DNA of 63,510 bases, the filler included, from Asterionella formosa (lineage: Eukaryota), in assembly GCA_002256025.1 (NCBI GenBank). It is 14 parts of 14 records of this genome, joined end to end, with 100 filler letters (N's around TTAATTAATTAA, not from the genome) between each part and the next. Parts side by side here need not be neighbours in the genome. Positions count along the whole stretch, not along the records: positions 22,900 to 45,601 come from NKIB01002641.1; positions 45,702 to 47,094 come from NKIB01002648.1; 12 more parts are not named here. One strand, given 5' to 3'. The notes under the pieces are model-generated. The model was not told where the DNA came from, made no database searches, and saw only the letters and a program-made list of their open reading frames with translations. This document shows, piece by piece, positions 36,792 through 47,053 of this stretch. The translations under genes and the position numbers were made by a program. Every line of letters starts with the position of its first letter. Position 1 is the stretch's first letter.

Positions 36792-37096
36792 CCAATTCAA
36801 GGACTGCCTTTTAGCAGGTCCAAATCAAGGTACACATTCTATGGGCATGTCCAAAACAAGGTATACCTTAAATTGGAACTGATGATCTTGTTGGTTAACC
36901 AATACAAGGTAGATGCGACCCTATTTTGGAGAAACTATTCATGCCTTGTATTGGAAAACAATTATGGTCATTTTGTGAAATACCGTGTATTGGGATAAAA
37001 GAGCCTATTTCCTTGTATTGGCCAAAGCACGGATTCGCAATACTAACTACGAAGCTAGCCAATACAAGGTCAACCTTGTTTGGATTCTTCCAATAC
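36792..37096. repeat. Cluster of ~10 CCAATACAAGG-like 11-mers in both orientations
   Basis: Forward at 36792, 36820, 36851, 36899, 37059; reverse at 36866, 36944, 36983, 37011, 37074. Confidence 0.85.
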
Positions 37097-37105
37097 CGGT
37101 ACAAG

Positions 37106-37192
37106 CAAGTTGCGGTCATTTTGCTTAAACCAACAATTTAACCTAGGATAAAGACAGCTAGATCTTTAATTAAGCAAAATTACTGCAACTTG
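37106..37192 (+). mobile_element. MITE copy (87 bp), 23-bp TIRs, TSD AAG
   Basis: aag|CAAGTTGCGGTCATTTTGCTTAA...TTAAGCAAAATTACTGCAACTTG|aag (21/23 TIR match). Confidence 0.9.
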
Positions 37193-37341
37193 AAGTTATT
37201 TTCGTTGCCTGTGTACCGGGAGTCAATATTGATGTTGACACGAGTAAGACAGCATCTTTCATTCTTTAAAATAGGATTGCTCCAACCAATGTGGACATTT
37301 CTGCACACTGACAATGAATCATCACCATCGTAACAATAACT

Positions 37342-39765
37342 ATGAATAATAAAACCAACAAGCCGAACGACGGGCCATCAGCACACGAGAAATCTTCCGT
37401 GAGCCGCGATGTAGTTGTAATACCGAATGATCGCATCGGCATCCGGTGTTTTCGCAACAATGATGACGGCTTGCCTAGTATCATAGCAAGTCGCTCAACG
37501 TTACTACCGGTATTGGAACCCACCACCACCACAGGCGGACATGAACATCATTCAGCTGCAGCTCCGAGTTCTCCTGGTATGCCTCGACAGTCTGATGATG
37601 GTCTCAATGTGGTATCACAAGCCAACCGACAAGAACCACAAGAAGATACTACTAGTATTCTGGTTGTGGAGGAACAAAAGGGAGACACGGGTGTGCACGA
37701 GAATAACAACGATACACCTGGGATGACTGCTCCGGGCATGTCGACGAGAAACAGAGAATTTCTCTTGGAGAAAGAGACTATTGCCAGAAGAAGTAATAAT
37801 GTTCACAAACATAGAGGGTCGTCAGCAAAGAAAGGTGATGGTGTTAGCGGCACCGTGCAGGTGGCGTCTGCAGGAAGTACCATTGGAGCGGAGAAGCTAG
37901 CTATTGCCAATAGACGCTCTAGAACTAAAAAGGAGCGCAATTTAGACGGAAGAAAATTGGAATATACTAACATGGAGGAGCACAGTTTCACGGATGTTCA
38001 TCAGGGCGAATCACTTGATGAAATGGATGAAGTTTCCGGCAGAAAGGATACTGAATTGATCTCAGCGCCTACTGTAAACGAAGAAAGATCGATTTCCCCC
38101 TTGATAATAACTAACCAAGGCTCAGCAATTCAGGGACGCCCTGCTGTTCTGCCCGGCGCCTTCCATGGCATTCCCACAAATATTCCTACACGGAGCGCTA
38201 GGCTTCAGCAATATGATTCTTCCTCTGAACTTGAGGCGGGAAATCTGGTCCTTAACTCAGATGCTGCTGCTACTGCTGCTGATCGAGCCGAGGATATTTT
38301 ACTGGAAGCTCAAGTTGTCGACGACACGGAACTTATACAGGCGTATCCCCTCGTGGAGTTGCCACTAGTCGAGCTTAATCAAAATGAGGAGTTACCGCCA
38401 AGGATTCAAAGTACTACTCGACAAAAATGGAGAATTGGGCTTGCATTAATTTTTCTGATCGCTGCAGTGATAATTGTATTAGTTGTTGTTACGCATGGGA
38501 ACAGCTCAGGAGCCACGACTGTTTCTCCAATAACATCACCAGCTGCCAACACCACTATTTCACCAACTGAACCAACTCCAACACTTTCTCCGACTGGAAC
38601 ACCATGGATACAAATCGGCCAGGCTTTGAATGGAAAAGCCGCTAATGATAATTTCGGGTGGTCAGTAGCTATATCGGGCGATGGAACGATTGTGGTCGGT
38701 GGTGCTAGGACGAATGATGACAGTGGCACGGACTCCGGTCTTGTTCAAGTCTACCAGTTAATCGACAACCAATGGGAAACCATGGGAAATGCTTTGTTAG
38801 GACTGGCAATTGGTGATAATTTTGGCTGGGCTTTAGACATATCGCGCGACGGACGAACTTTGGCTGTTGGGGCAAACTATAACGATGCAAGTGGGACTGA
38901 TGCTGGAAGTGTTCGTGTATTTCAATTCATCAGTGGGGAATGGCAACAGGTTGGTCAAAATTTGAATGGACCTGCTAGTGGCGATTGGTTTGGTCACGCG
39001 TTAGCACTTTCTAGTAATGGTACCATACTCGCTGTTGGTGCACAGTTTAATGATAATAACGGCTTTAATGCCGGTCTTGCGCAATCGTACCAATTCGATG
39101 GTAACCAATGGCAAGTAATGGGAAATCCCATTTTGGGAGAAGTAGGCGATCACCTTGGTGCTGTGAAGCTTTCCAATGATGGATACACGCTGGCGGTTGG
39201 AGCGGATTTGAATGATAATGGTGTCGATGGCACGAACGCTGGCCATGTTCGAGTGTTTGAGTTTGATGGCGCCGATTGGCAACAAAGTGGACTCGATTTG
39301 CGTGGATCCGTAGCATATTCTCAGTTTGGATATGCAATCGCTATGTCAGGCGACGGAAAAATTGTTGCAGGTGGAGCATACAACGGTAATGAGCCTTATG
39401 TTCAAGTGTACAGTTTCCAAGTCAATAAATGGCAAGAGCTGGGGTCTGCTCTCGTTGGCAACGTTAACAGTGGAGATCGATTTGGCAATCTATTGGACCT
39501 TTCTAATGATGGATATACTTTGGTAGTCGGTGCCCCTGGAGCCCAAAATGGAACTGGGCCAGGTGCCGGCTATGTTCGTGTTTTTCGGTTTATAGATAGC
39601 CAGTGGCACCAGGTTGGTCAAGATTTAGAAGGCGTGGTATTTGGGGATCAATTTGGCGATGCAGTCGCGCTATCAAGTGACGGAATGGTATTTGCTGGTG
39701 CATCCGTTGGAAATGACTACAGTGGGAGGGACGCTGGGAATATTCGTGTATTTTCATCCGTTTGA
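37342..39765 (+). CDS. Single-pass membrane protein with C-terminal FG-GAP-like beta-propeller repeats (807 aa)
   Basis: Disordered N-terminus, TM IGLALIFLIAAVIIVLVVV, Pro/Thr stalk, seven FGxxxxxSxDGxxxxxGA..GxVxVF..W-type repeats. Confidence 0.88.
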   Translation: MNNKTNKPNDGPSAHEKSSVSRDVVVIPNDRIGIRCFRNNDDGLPSIIASRSTLLPVLEPTTTTGGHEHHSAAAPSSPGMPRQSDDGLNVVSQANRQEPQEDTTSILVVEEQKGDTGVHENNNDTPGMTAPGMSTRNREFLLEKETIARRSNNVHKHRGSSAKKGDGVSGTVQVASAGSTIGAEKLAIANRRSRTKKERNLDGRKLEYTNMEEHSFTDVHQGESLDEMDEVSGRKDTELISAPTVNEERSISPLIITNQGSAIQGRPAVLPGAFHGIPTNIPTRSARLQQYDSSSELEAGNLVLNSDAAATAADRAEDILLEAQVVDDTELIQAYPLVELPLVELNQNEELPPRIQSTTRQKWRIGLALIFLIAAVIIVLVVVTHGNSSGATTVSPITSPAANTTISPTEPTPTLSPTGTPWIQIGQALNGKAANDNFGWSVAISGDGTIVVGGARTNDDSGTDSGLVQVYQLIDNQWETMGNALLGLAIGDNFGWALDISRDGRTLAVGANYNDASGTDAGSVRVFQFISGEWQQVGQNLNGPASGDWFGHALALSSNGTILAVGAQFNDNNGFNAGLAQSYQFDGNQWQVMGNPILGEVGDHLGAVKLSNDGYTLAVGADLNDNGVDGTNAGHVRVFEFDGADWQQSGLDLRGSVAYSQFGYAIAMSGDGKIVAGGAYNGNEPYVQVYSFQVNKWQELGSALVGNVNSGDRFGNLLDLSNDGYTLVVGAPGAQNGTGPGAGYVRVFRFIDSQWHQVGQDLEGVVFGDQFGDAVALSSDGMVFAGASVGNDYSGRDAGNIRVFSSV

Positions 39766-40468
39766 AGATAGGTTCATGCTGCATGCTATACCTTTCGGAA
39801 AATCTGCACATACTCTATGCATTTTTTCATAGATCGACCTCAGAATGTATAGAATGAGCAATGCCAGGATTTTGTTTTTGGTTACGTGCATATGATAAGT
39901 AGGGTTACAAATGAATATTCGAAGGTTCATGGTTTGTAATATCTTTCAGCTTTCCCGCAATATGATTGTAGCTGGCATCTTGAATAGGCTCGTGCAAGAT
40001 TTTCCGTGATAGTTTGGTATTGCAAGAGATTTTTGGTTTTGTGGCTACAACAGGTCGGAGAGAAATCTAGGCCTTCAAAACAGTGATCAAAGATCATGTT
40101 TGACCAAATCGGAAAGCAGATCGTTGATTATTTTACCTATTGACAAAATCACGCATGATGTAGCAACCCCCTTTGTAACTTTTCCTTCGATTTGACACAT
40201 CTCTCGCAAATATCTAAATCTGTGGTAGTTCTGTGAGAAGAATTTCCAACCTTAACGAGTCTCGGCAAAGTGTACGATGAATTTTCAAAAAGGTTTGAAT
40301 CTCATCGACGAGGAAAAGTGAAATAATGCCAGTGCCGTAATCGGAGCCAAAATCACCTTGTGTCAGTCTGGTTCAGATCAATAGGTAGTTAGGTGCCTAC
40401 AATAAGTTTCCACCAAATACCAAAATATAAATTGTGTGACGTACTAACACACAATATAGTTTTTCGCC

Positions 40469-41753
40469 TCATGCCAAAGTATCAGCCCGAATATAAACAA
40501 TCCTTCTTCTTTCATTCATTCGTCGGACCATTAATGACGTTACATCTGCAGCAGACATTATCGATGTATCAATTTCATCAATTTGAACGATACGATCGCC
40601 CTTGGCCAGAAAACCCTCTAGGGGTGAACCATTTTTTAGTGAATGAACAACAGGTTGACCATTCACCACGTCAATAGCAACTCCTAGTTTTCCTGCTGGC
40701 GCCCAAAGTTCAACTCGACTCGCCTCTTGTTCTATAGAGGTGAATAACAGAGACTCGTCCGCCGATAATCGACTGTGTCGGGCTCGACGTGAATAAGGTG
40801 CTGGCGATTCTGGGGGTGAATCGGTGTCAGCATAGTTCTCCGACGGTCGAAACGCAAACTTAACCTCAGATTCATGGGATCCTTCTTCATCATCCATAAT
40901 TAAAGTGTCCTTGTTGCTTATGTCAACTTCCTCAAAGAGTGATTTGTACTGCGACTTTTCAGCATGGGTCCTCGGTGCCCTCCACTCACGAAGGAGACTA
41001 CCACTGTTGGGTGCAATCTCACGCCTGCAAAATTAGATTTGAAAAAGTGCGGTTAGAATAGATATGCGAGAGAAACCAATCGAGGAATAGAGCCGATCGC
41101 GAGTAAACGTACTTATAGAGGCGATAGGATGCCAGTAAGGCAGCAATCATAACAATCCCTCCTATCGTCAATGCTACAATAGCCCATTCGTTCAAGGCCC
41201 AGTAACTTTCTTGCTGCGAATTGTTTTCCATTTCTAATGGATGAGCATTGACATTCGCTACATTCTTGAATGACATTCGTTGAGTTTGTAGGTAGCCCAC
41301 AAAATGGTCGTCGTACTTGTTTATAAGCTGAAGCAATATCCGTTTCAATTCATCGTCGGTCAGAATTTGATCATTGGATGCTGGTCGGAAATTGACAGCG
41401 ACTACAGTTTGAAGGGACAACGTATTTTCGTTCTTGGATACCATTCCTTGTTGAATGACTTCGACGGTTCGGCACTTGAGTGAATAGTCTGTCTGCGATT
41501 CAAAGATTCGTTCGTAAAAGAGCTTTAACGAATCACCAAAAACAGTTATCTCCGCTAACGTAAGAACTTGCTCTAGCGGTTTCATATCAATAATAATTGT
41601 GCTGTCATGATATTCCGGCCATTCAATGGTAGAATTTGCTGGTGCTTGGTTTGTCTTGAAAAAGTAGCTGTATTCGTCGACATTCAACATCTTGGCTTGT
41701 GCAGCGAGCATCGTCCAGCCTCCTGATAGTAGTAGTAATAGTAACGATCTCAT
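40469..41753 (-). CDS. Two-exon type I membrane protein with cytoplasmic C-terminal PDZ domain
   Basis: Signal peptide MRSLLLLLLSGG; TM WAIVALTIGGIVMIAALLA; intron 41112-41025 (GTACGT..CTAAT..GCAG) gives an in-frame join to APAGKLGVAID..SPLEG..GDRIVQID. Confidence 0.82.
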
Positions 41754-42202
41754 GTTGCGTTGCTTCGATTTTATCGTTCGTGGAGTGGGAGTGAAACATG
41801 ACGACAAGGGTTATTTTGTTCTCAAAATTTGAACAGAGCGCAACTGCTGACCCATGTTCCACAGGATGAACAAAAATGTGAGCAGAGTCAACGGCTCAAC
41901 GGACCAAGAAATATTGAATTTTATCCAGCCTTGTGAGCCTGTTATACTCAAATATCACCGGGTGAACTTTATTTCGCCTGTACGTCATCAATATGCTTTG
42001 ACCTCATCTGCTCCTCCTCCATGTTTTGTATTCCGTATGTAGTACCAGGTACTGTACATTATCAAATTAATTTTTAACAAAAATGTATACCGGTACTTAA
42101 AAAGTAGTTTTACATGCATCAAATAATGTTATTTTTGGTGGTGGCACTATTCCTGTACCTTCCCCCTTGTTTGGATTCACCAAGAGCAAGCAGCCACGAA
42201 AC

Positions 42203-43750
42203 ATGCCCATTGATTTGGATCTGTTGCGCCATGAGGAAACACGCGAGCAAGTTATCCAATGGCAAGAGTTGCGGTACCCCAACAATAGCGATCACAGGGG
42301 AACCATCCTGCCACGCATCCAAAGGGCGGATGAAGCGCTTCGAAAGACGCAGCGAGACATCAATGTCAATCGAAATTTGCTCAAAAGCTTACAAAAATCC
42401 TTAGCACCAGCGGCGGCACTTCTGGACAACCGGCTGGAGAGGATAAATGAGATTCAGGCTCTAAAAACACGTTTAATTGACATGGAAACCACTATTTTGG
42501 AACTCCAAGAAGAAATTGATGTCAACATGTCTCTAGTGGCCAATGAACTGGATATGGGAGTTTCATTACAAACTGATAATGTGGTTGTTCAGCAATGTAA
42601 GCGCAAGAACAGCAAAACAAAACAGGTCATCTCCAAAGCCGTGTTGGACCCAATGTTTTGTATACGTGGCTACGAACGAATTCGTTGTACCACTGCGAAT
42701 GGCCAATCGAGCACATTGACATTCCTAACAGGAGTCGGAGCTTCCTTGGATCGTGCCTTGACAAGCTACGCTTTGACGTTTCTTCATAATGCAACTCTCA
42801 TTTCATTACCCTCCAATATTCCTTCCGTCATGAGTGCTACTACAGGTACAATTGAGTCGCATGCCACGATGCCGGCGATGTCAACATCGCTAATAGGCCT
42901 TTCCCTATTACATCAAAGCACCAAGTACCTGGATCGAGAATTACCACTACGCAATGTTTGCATAACCCCCCATGAGCTCAACGATAACAAAGCTCCATCG
43001 CAACAACAACCACACAAGTGGTTTCATTCTTCTAGAGGTGGACACAGCATCAATGTCTTTGCAATTACAGGTGGAACCATGACAGAATCCAGGGCTGTTC
43101 AAATGGAATTCTTGAACACGATGAAAACATTTTACTCTTCCTTGCTGATGATGCAGGATGATTTTGTAGATTTTGAATTGGTCGCCCTGGATCCAGCACA
43201 ACTTTTGCCTCAAGAAGCCAGTAGGGTAGTATTGTATTACGATACTGTCATAGTGGGACATGTGTCCAATATGACAGATTACATCACCCGAGGGATCAAC
43301 ACCAAAAGTCAAAATGGCACTCCTGTCCATACGGTACATGGCTGTTTTTGTGTTATTCATGAAACATTGGAATTTATGGTACAACGGAATGTGATTTGGC
43401 AAGATGAGACAGCATCAGGTGTAGGGATTCCACGAGGTGTTGCACGTGGGATGCAAGAATTTGTCGATGGGATTGCAGTACCAGAATCGTCGTTCTCATG
43501 GGCATGGATTCCATTTCATCGTCAGTTAGAAGCCAAAGAAAATGGAAAAGTATGTTTGACAGTCCTCCATAATGTCGTGACTGGTCCACGTTGGATGCCT
43601 GGTGCAACAACTAACAGTTCTACAATTACATCAACGATGAACAAACCGAAGCGTGCCCCATTTGCCATTCATCACAATGGCGTTCCAACAAAAAGGGAAA
43701 TCCAAGCAGAAGCACTCACGTTACCATTTACATTTTTACCAATGCTATAG
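42203..43750 (+). CDS. Seryl-tRNA-synthetase-like protein with degenerate catalytic motifs (515 aa)
   Basis: Colinear SerRS landmarks: IDLDLLR..QELRY, coiled arm, FLTGVGASLDRAL, ELPLR, TFYSSL, VSNMTDY, VHTVHG, GVGIP. TxE, FRxE and motif-3 Arg not found. Confidence 0.75.
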   Translation: MPIDLDLLRHEETREQVIQWQELRYPNNSDHRGTILPRIQRADEALRKTQRDINVNRNLLKSLQKSLAPAAALLDNRLERINEIQALKTRLIDMETTILELQEEIDVNMSLVANELDMGVSLQTDNVVVQQCKRKNSKTKQVISKAVLDPMFCIRGYERIRCTTANGQSSTLTFLTGVGASLDRALTSYALTFLHNATLISLPSNIPSVMSATTGTIESHATMPAMSTSLIGLSLLHQSTKYLDRELPLRNVCITPHELNDNKAPSQQQPHKWFHSSRGGHSINVFAITGGTMTESRAVQMEFLNTMKTFYSSLLMMQDDFVDFELVALDPAQLLPQEASRVVLYYDTVIVGHVSNMTDYITRGINTKSQNGTPVHTVHGCFCVIHETLEFMVQRNVIWQDETASGVGIPRGVARGMQEFVDGIAVPESSFSWAWIPFHRQLEAKENGKVCLTVLHNVVTGPRWMPGATTNSSTITSTMNKPKRAPFAIHHNGVPTKREIQAEALTLPFTFLPML

Positions 43751-43908
43751 TAGATGGACTAACGTACGAAGTTCCTGTTTTGTCGTAACGTGATGCACAA
43801 TAGATAAGACTGCACGCACACAAAACCAATCATTTCCATTCACCTTCTCTGCAGCACTCCTGGAGTCCTGAATAGATACTGTCTCACTTTTCAGCCAGTC
43901 GTTGCCGT

Positions 43909-44720
43909 TTAGGACACAACACAACAAGCATTGGTCTTTTTTGCCGACTTGTAAAATATTTTGGACTGTGTCGACAAATCATTGGATCGCTCCACTAGTG
44001 AATCTAATTTGACACCTCGTTCCAGCACCGAGTCAATGGTTTTGTGTAAGATTTGCGTCGTTTCGTCCAGATCCTTTTGAATTTTGGTGACCTTGTCCGC
44101 CGCGGCCGGGTCTTGATACTTTTGCAAATATTCCTCGATTGGAGGAAAAGAGACTGAGTCCACAGCCGTCACCGACTTCCACGAATCTCCGTGCGCGGCG
44201 GTGAATTCCTCTAGCAATTGTCCCAGCAAGACAAAGGCCACCCGGGCTGGATACTCTGCATCGGTGGTGACAGTTCCGCCCAATCCGTCCGATCGCACGT
44301 AGCAATGAACCACGTATCCCTCATGAGTCACTGATTGGCGTTGGCCGCGTTCTGTTCGTTTCATAAAAGTCTTGCTGAGAAAAGTGAGCATTTCCTTGAC
44401 AGACTTTGAGGAAGCGAAAGGAGTGTTAGCAGGAATCAGAGGCATGAATACTGTATATGAATCGTGCAGTCTTCTACCGTAGTAGTCTACTACCAATACC
44501 GGTACTAGGCGAGCTCCCAGCAGGAAATACAGGTGGTGGGTACCCGGTAGTATTCTAACGTGAAACGCTTGTACGATTTCGGACTGCAGGCGAAGCAATG
44601 ACCTGACCGTACCTGTCGTTGGAAGAAACCAAACGAACTCAAATCATTTGCCGTTGTCAATGGAACCGGATCATTCAACTCTGCCGATGTGCGAACAATC
44701 GAAATCCCAAGAATCTTCAT
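43909..44720 (-). CDS. YKT6: Longin R-SNARE YKT6 (200 aa, two exons)
   Basis: Exons 44720-44613 and 44403-43909, 209-bp GT-AG intron with CTAAC branch; DLSSFGFFQR, EYPARVAF, KYQDP, VLERGVKLD, C-terminal CCVVS. Confidence 0.96.
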
Positions 44721-45524
44721 TGTGTGAATTATAATAGAATCAAAAGGAGTCAGAAGGATATGGTGCAAAGTGGAAGTCAACAGAATAATGTCACCAACCC
44801 GGTGTGAATGGGAATTTTGAAACATGAAACGAAAATATGCATGGACTAAATAAATATATATACTTGTATCTTCATGATGGAATATTTATATATATACTGG
44901 TAATTTTGCTTTACCAAGAGTGCTACGTACGTCTTTGCGCGGACAGTAGTGATTCCAATTCCAAATTTATACATGTGTATCATTTTGATTCCCATTCAAT
45001 AAACCAACCCAGCTCGCTGGCTTGTTGTTTCGTATTATATTTATAGCTGTAGTTTGATTCAGCCTTAAAAATTAAGACCAATCGATTTTGCTTATTCAGC
45101 CACCATTTGCTTCCATACATTATGATTAAAGTGTTACCATTTTGCTTAAACTTGCTTGTTTTGCTTACTAGCTAACATTGGTTTGCTTAAAGTATTAATT
45201 TTGCTAAATGTGTGACATCATCATTTCAATCAAGCTGCCATCACACCCACCACCTACCTACATAATGCATACTAGTATACATAAGGTGAACTAAACAATG
45301 AATTGCCTAAAATATATCATAGACCTTGTCCTGGATTCATGCACAGCAGGGTAGTACTACCCAGGGGGAAATACAATTTTAGAGTACTTTATATCTAGCT
45401 AGGCATCTAATCGCACTTGTGCTGTGAAGGAAACGAAAGGAAAGAGAGGCTCATTAAGAGGGTCTAAATCATGTCCTTGGTTGTTTTCCTTCCAACATTT
45501 CGATCTGATGCTGTGCAAAAACTG

Positions 45525-45601
45525 TTAGTGTTAGGGTTAGGGTTAGGGTTAGGGTTAGGGCTAGGGTTAGGTCTAGGGGTTAGGGTTAGGGTTAGGGTTA
45601 G
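45525..45601 (+). repeat. Telomeric-type (TTAGGG)n tract running off the contig end
   Basis: About 12 hexamers including variants TTAGTG, CTAGGG, TTAGGT; G-rich strand points toward the contig end. Confidence 0.88.
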
Positions 45602-46431
45602 NNNNNNNNNNNNNNNNNNNNNNNNNNNNNNNNNNNNNNNNNNNNTTAATTAATTAANNNNNNNNNNNNNNNNNNNNNNNNNNNNNNNNNNNNNNNNNNN
45701 NAGATTTGTGACAAAAGGAAATAACATCGTAGTCACAAATCAAAAAAAGAATAAACATTTATTTTAAAATTATCAAACATGCTTTACTACTTAACTTGCA
45801 TCAACTATTCAATGACTTCCTGCAAGGCTTGCCAAGTGCAATAAGCATTTGCCAAGAGAATGATAAATGTGGGCAGCCATCAAGATTTGCAGCAATGAAA
45901 TGATGGAACAATGATGCCATGGTCTGTAAGCGTGTTGATCGTGATGCATGTATCAAAATTGTTTCAAACACAGTTGAACTCATGAAAACCTTATCTGTGT
46001 ACACAACACAGGATTCCATAAATTAATTTAGCCTTTGGTAGGATGCAGCTTCGATCTAGTACAAGGCAGCTACCGGACAATCGTCTTGGAGATCGCCGTG
46101 AAGGTGCTGATCTTCACTATGACTTCAACCGAAAATCATGGCTTCACCGTGTTCGTCTTGATGTTAGTAGGCAGTTTGATCATTTCTTTCTCGAACTATG
46201 ATAAGAACGATTGTCCGGTCGAGGTACACAGAATCCTGGTACTTCGTCAGGTAGAACTGAACTGATGAGGATGGTCTCCCTGATGTGTACATAGCAAATA
46301 TAATTTTTAACAGCGGCAAACTGTGTGTGGAACGTACGCGGTGGTGCTATTATCGTAGTTTCGGTATTCATGGTCTGCTGCATGGTCGCCTTGGGCGGTC
46401 GCTGACGACCTATGGGGGTCGTACATACCTC

Positions 46432-46519
46432 CAAGTTGCGGTCATTTTGCTTAAATAAACAATTCAATATGGGATAAAGATAGCTAAAGTTTTGGTTTCA
46501 GCACAATTACCGCAGCTTG
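46432..46519 (+). mobile_element. MITE copy (88 bp), flanks CTC/CTG
   Basis: CAAGTTGCGGTCATTTTGCTTAA...TCAGCACAATTACCGCAGCTTG; interior aligns with 37106 (caatt.aa...ggataaaga.agcta). Confidence 0.88.
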
Positions 46520-46734
46520 CTGTGATGGCGGCGATCAGCCATGGAGTATATACGTGTGTATCATACTACAGTATCGGTACATAGGACATTGCTTCTGCTT
46601 ACATTCACAAAAACCTCAAGGCCACAACTCAAGATTACATATCGGTATATTTATTACCGTAGCGATATAAGCAAAATAAAATAAACGGCAACTTTTGCTT
46701 GTCGTAACTTTACTCTTCCACCACCTCGACCAGC

Positions 46735-47053
46735 ATGGCTGACGAAGGAGAATCAACAACGACAACTGTGGCCCCCGTCAAGGCAACAGCTGGAGGAGGA
46801 GCTCCCCCTCCTCCGTCACAGTTGGCTAAAATGAGAGATGCCAACAACAAATGTAAGAATGTTCGTCTAATTACAACTGGACAAACCGGTAGTATAGCAT
46901 GACATTTCCTTTCCTTGCTGATGTTGGCTCACCACCACACTCTGTCTATATAATGATCTATTATATGTTTGTATTAAAACTCAGACAAGGCATTACTGAA
47001 AATGGCCAAGGAACGAATTCAGGCTCAAGAAGAAGAGTTGGAGAGTTTAAAAG
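46735..47053 (+). CDS. 5' fragment (two exons) of a coiled-coil protein, absent from the ORF track
   Basis: Exon 46735-46852, GTAAG..CAG intron, exon 46985-47053, then GTGAG; reads MADEGES..LAKMRDANNKYKALLKMAKERIQAQEEELESLK. Confidence 0.7.

Noticed and set aside
36792..37096. CRISPR-like reading of this array or of 3009-3300
   Set aside because: Repeats are too short, mixed in orientation or have homologous spacers; no cas genes; eukaryotic context.
43909..44598. 229-aa ORF-track version of YKT6
   Set aside because: Its N-terminus is read-through intron; the true exon 1 is 44720-44613.
45471..45653. LGLGLG/VRVRV ORF
   Set aside because: Translation of telomeric repeats.
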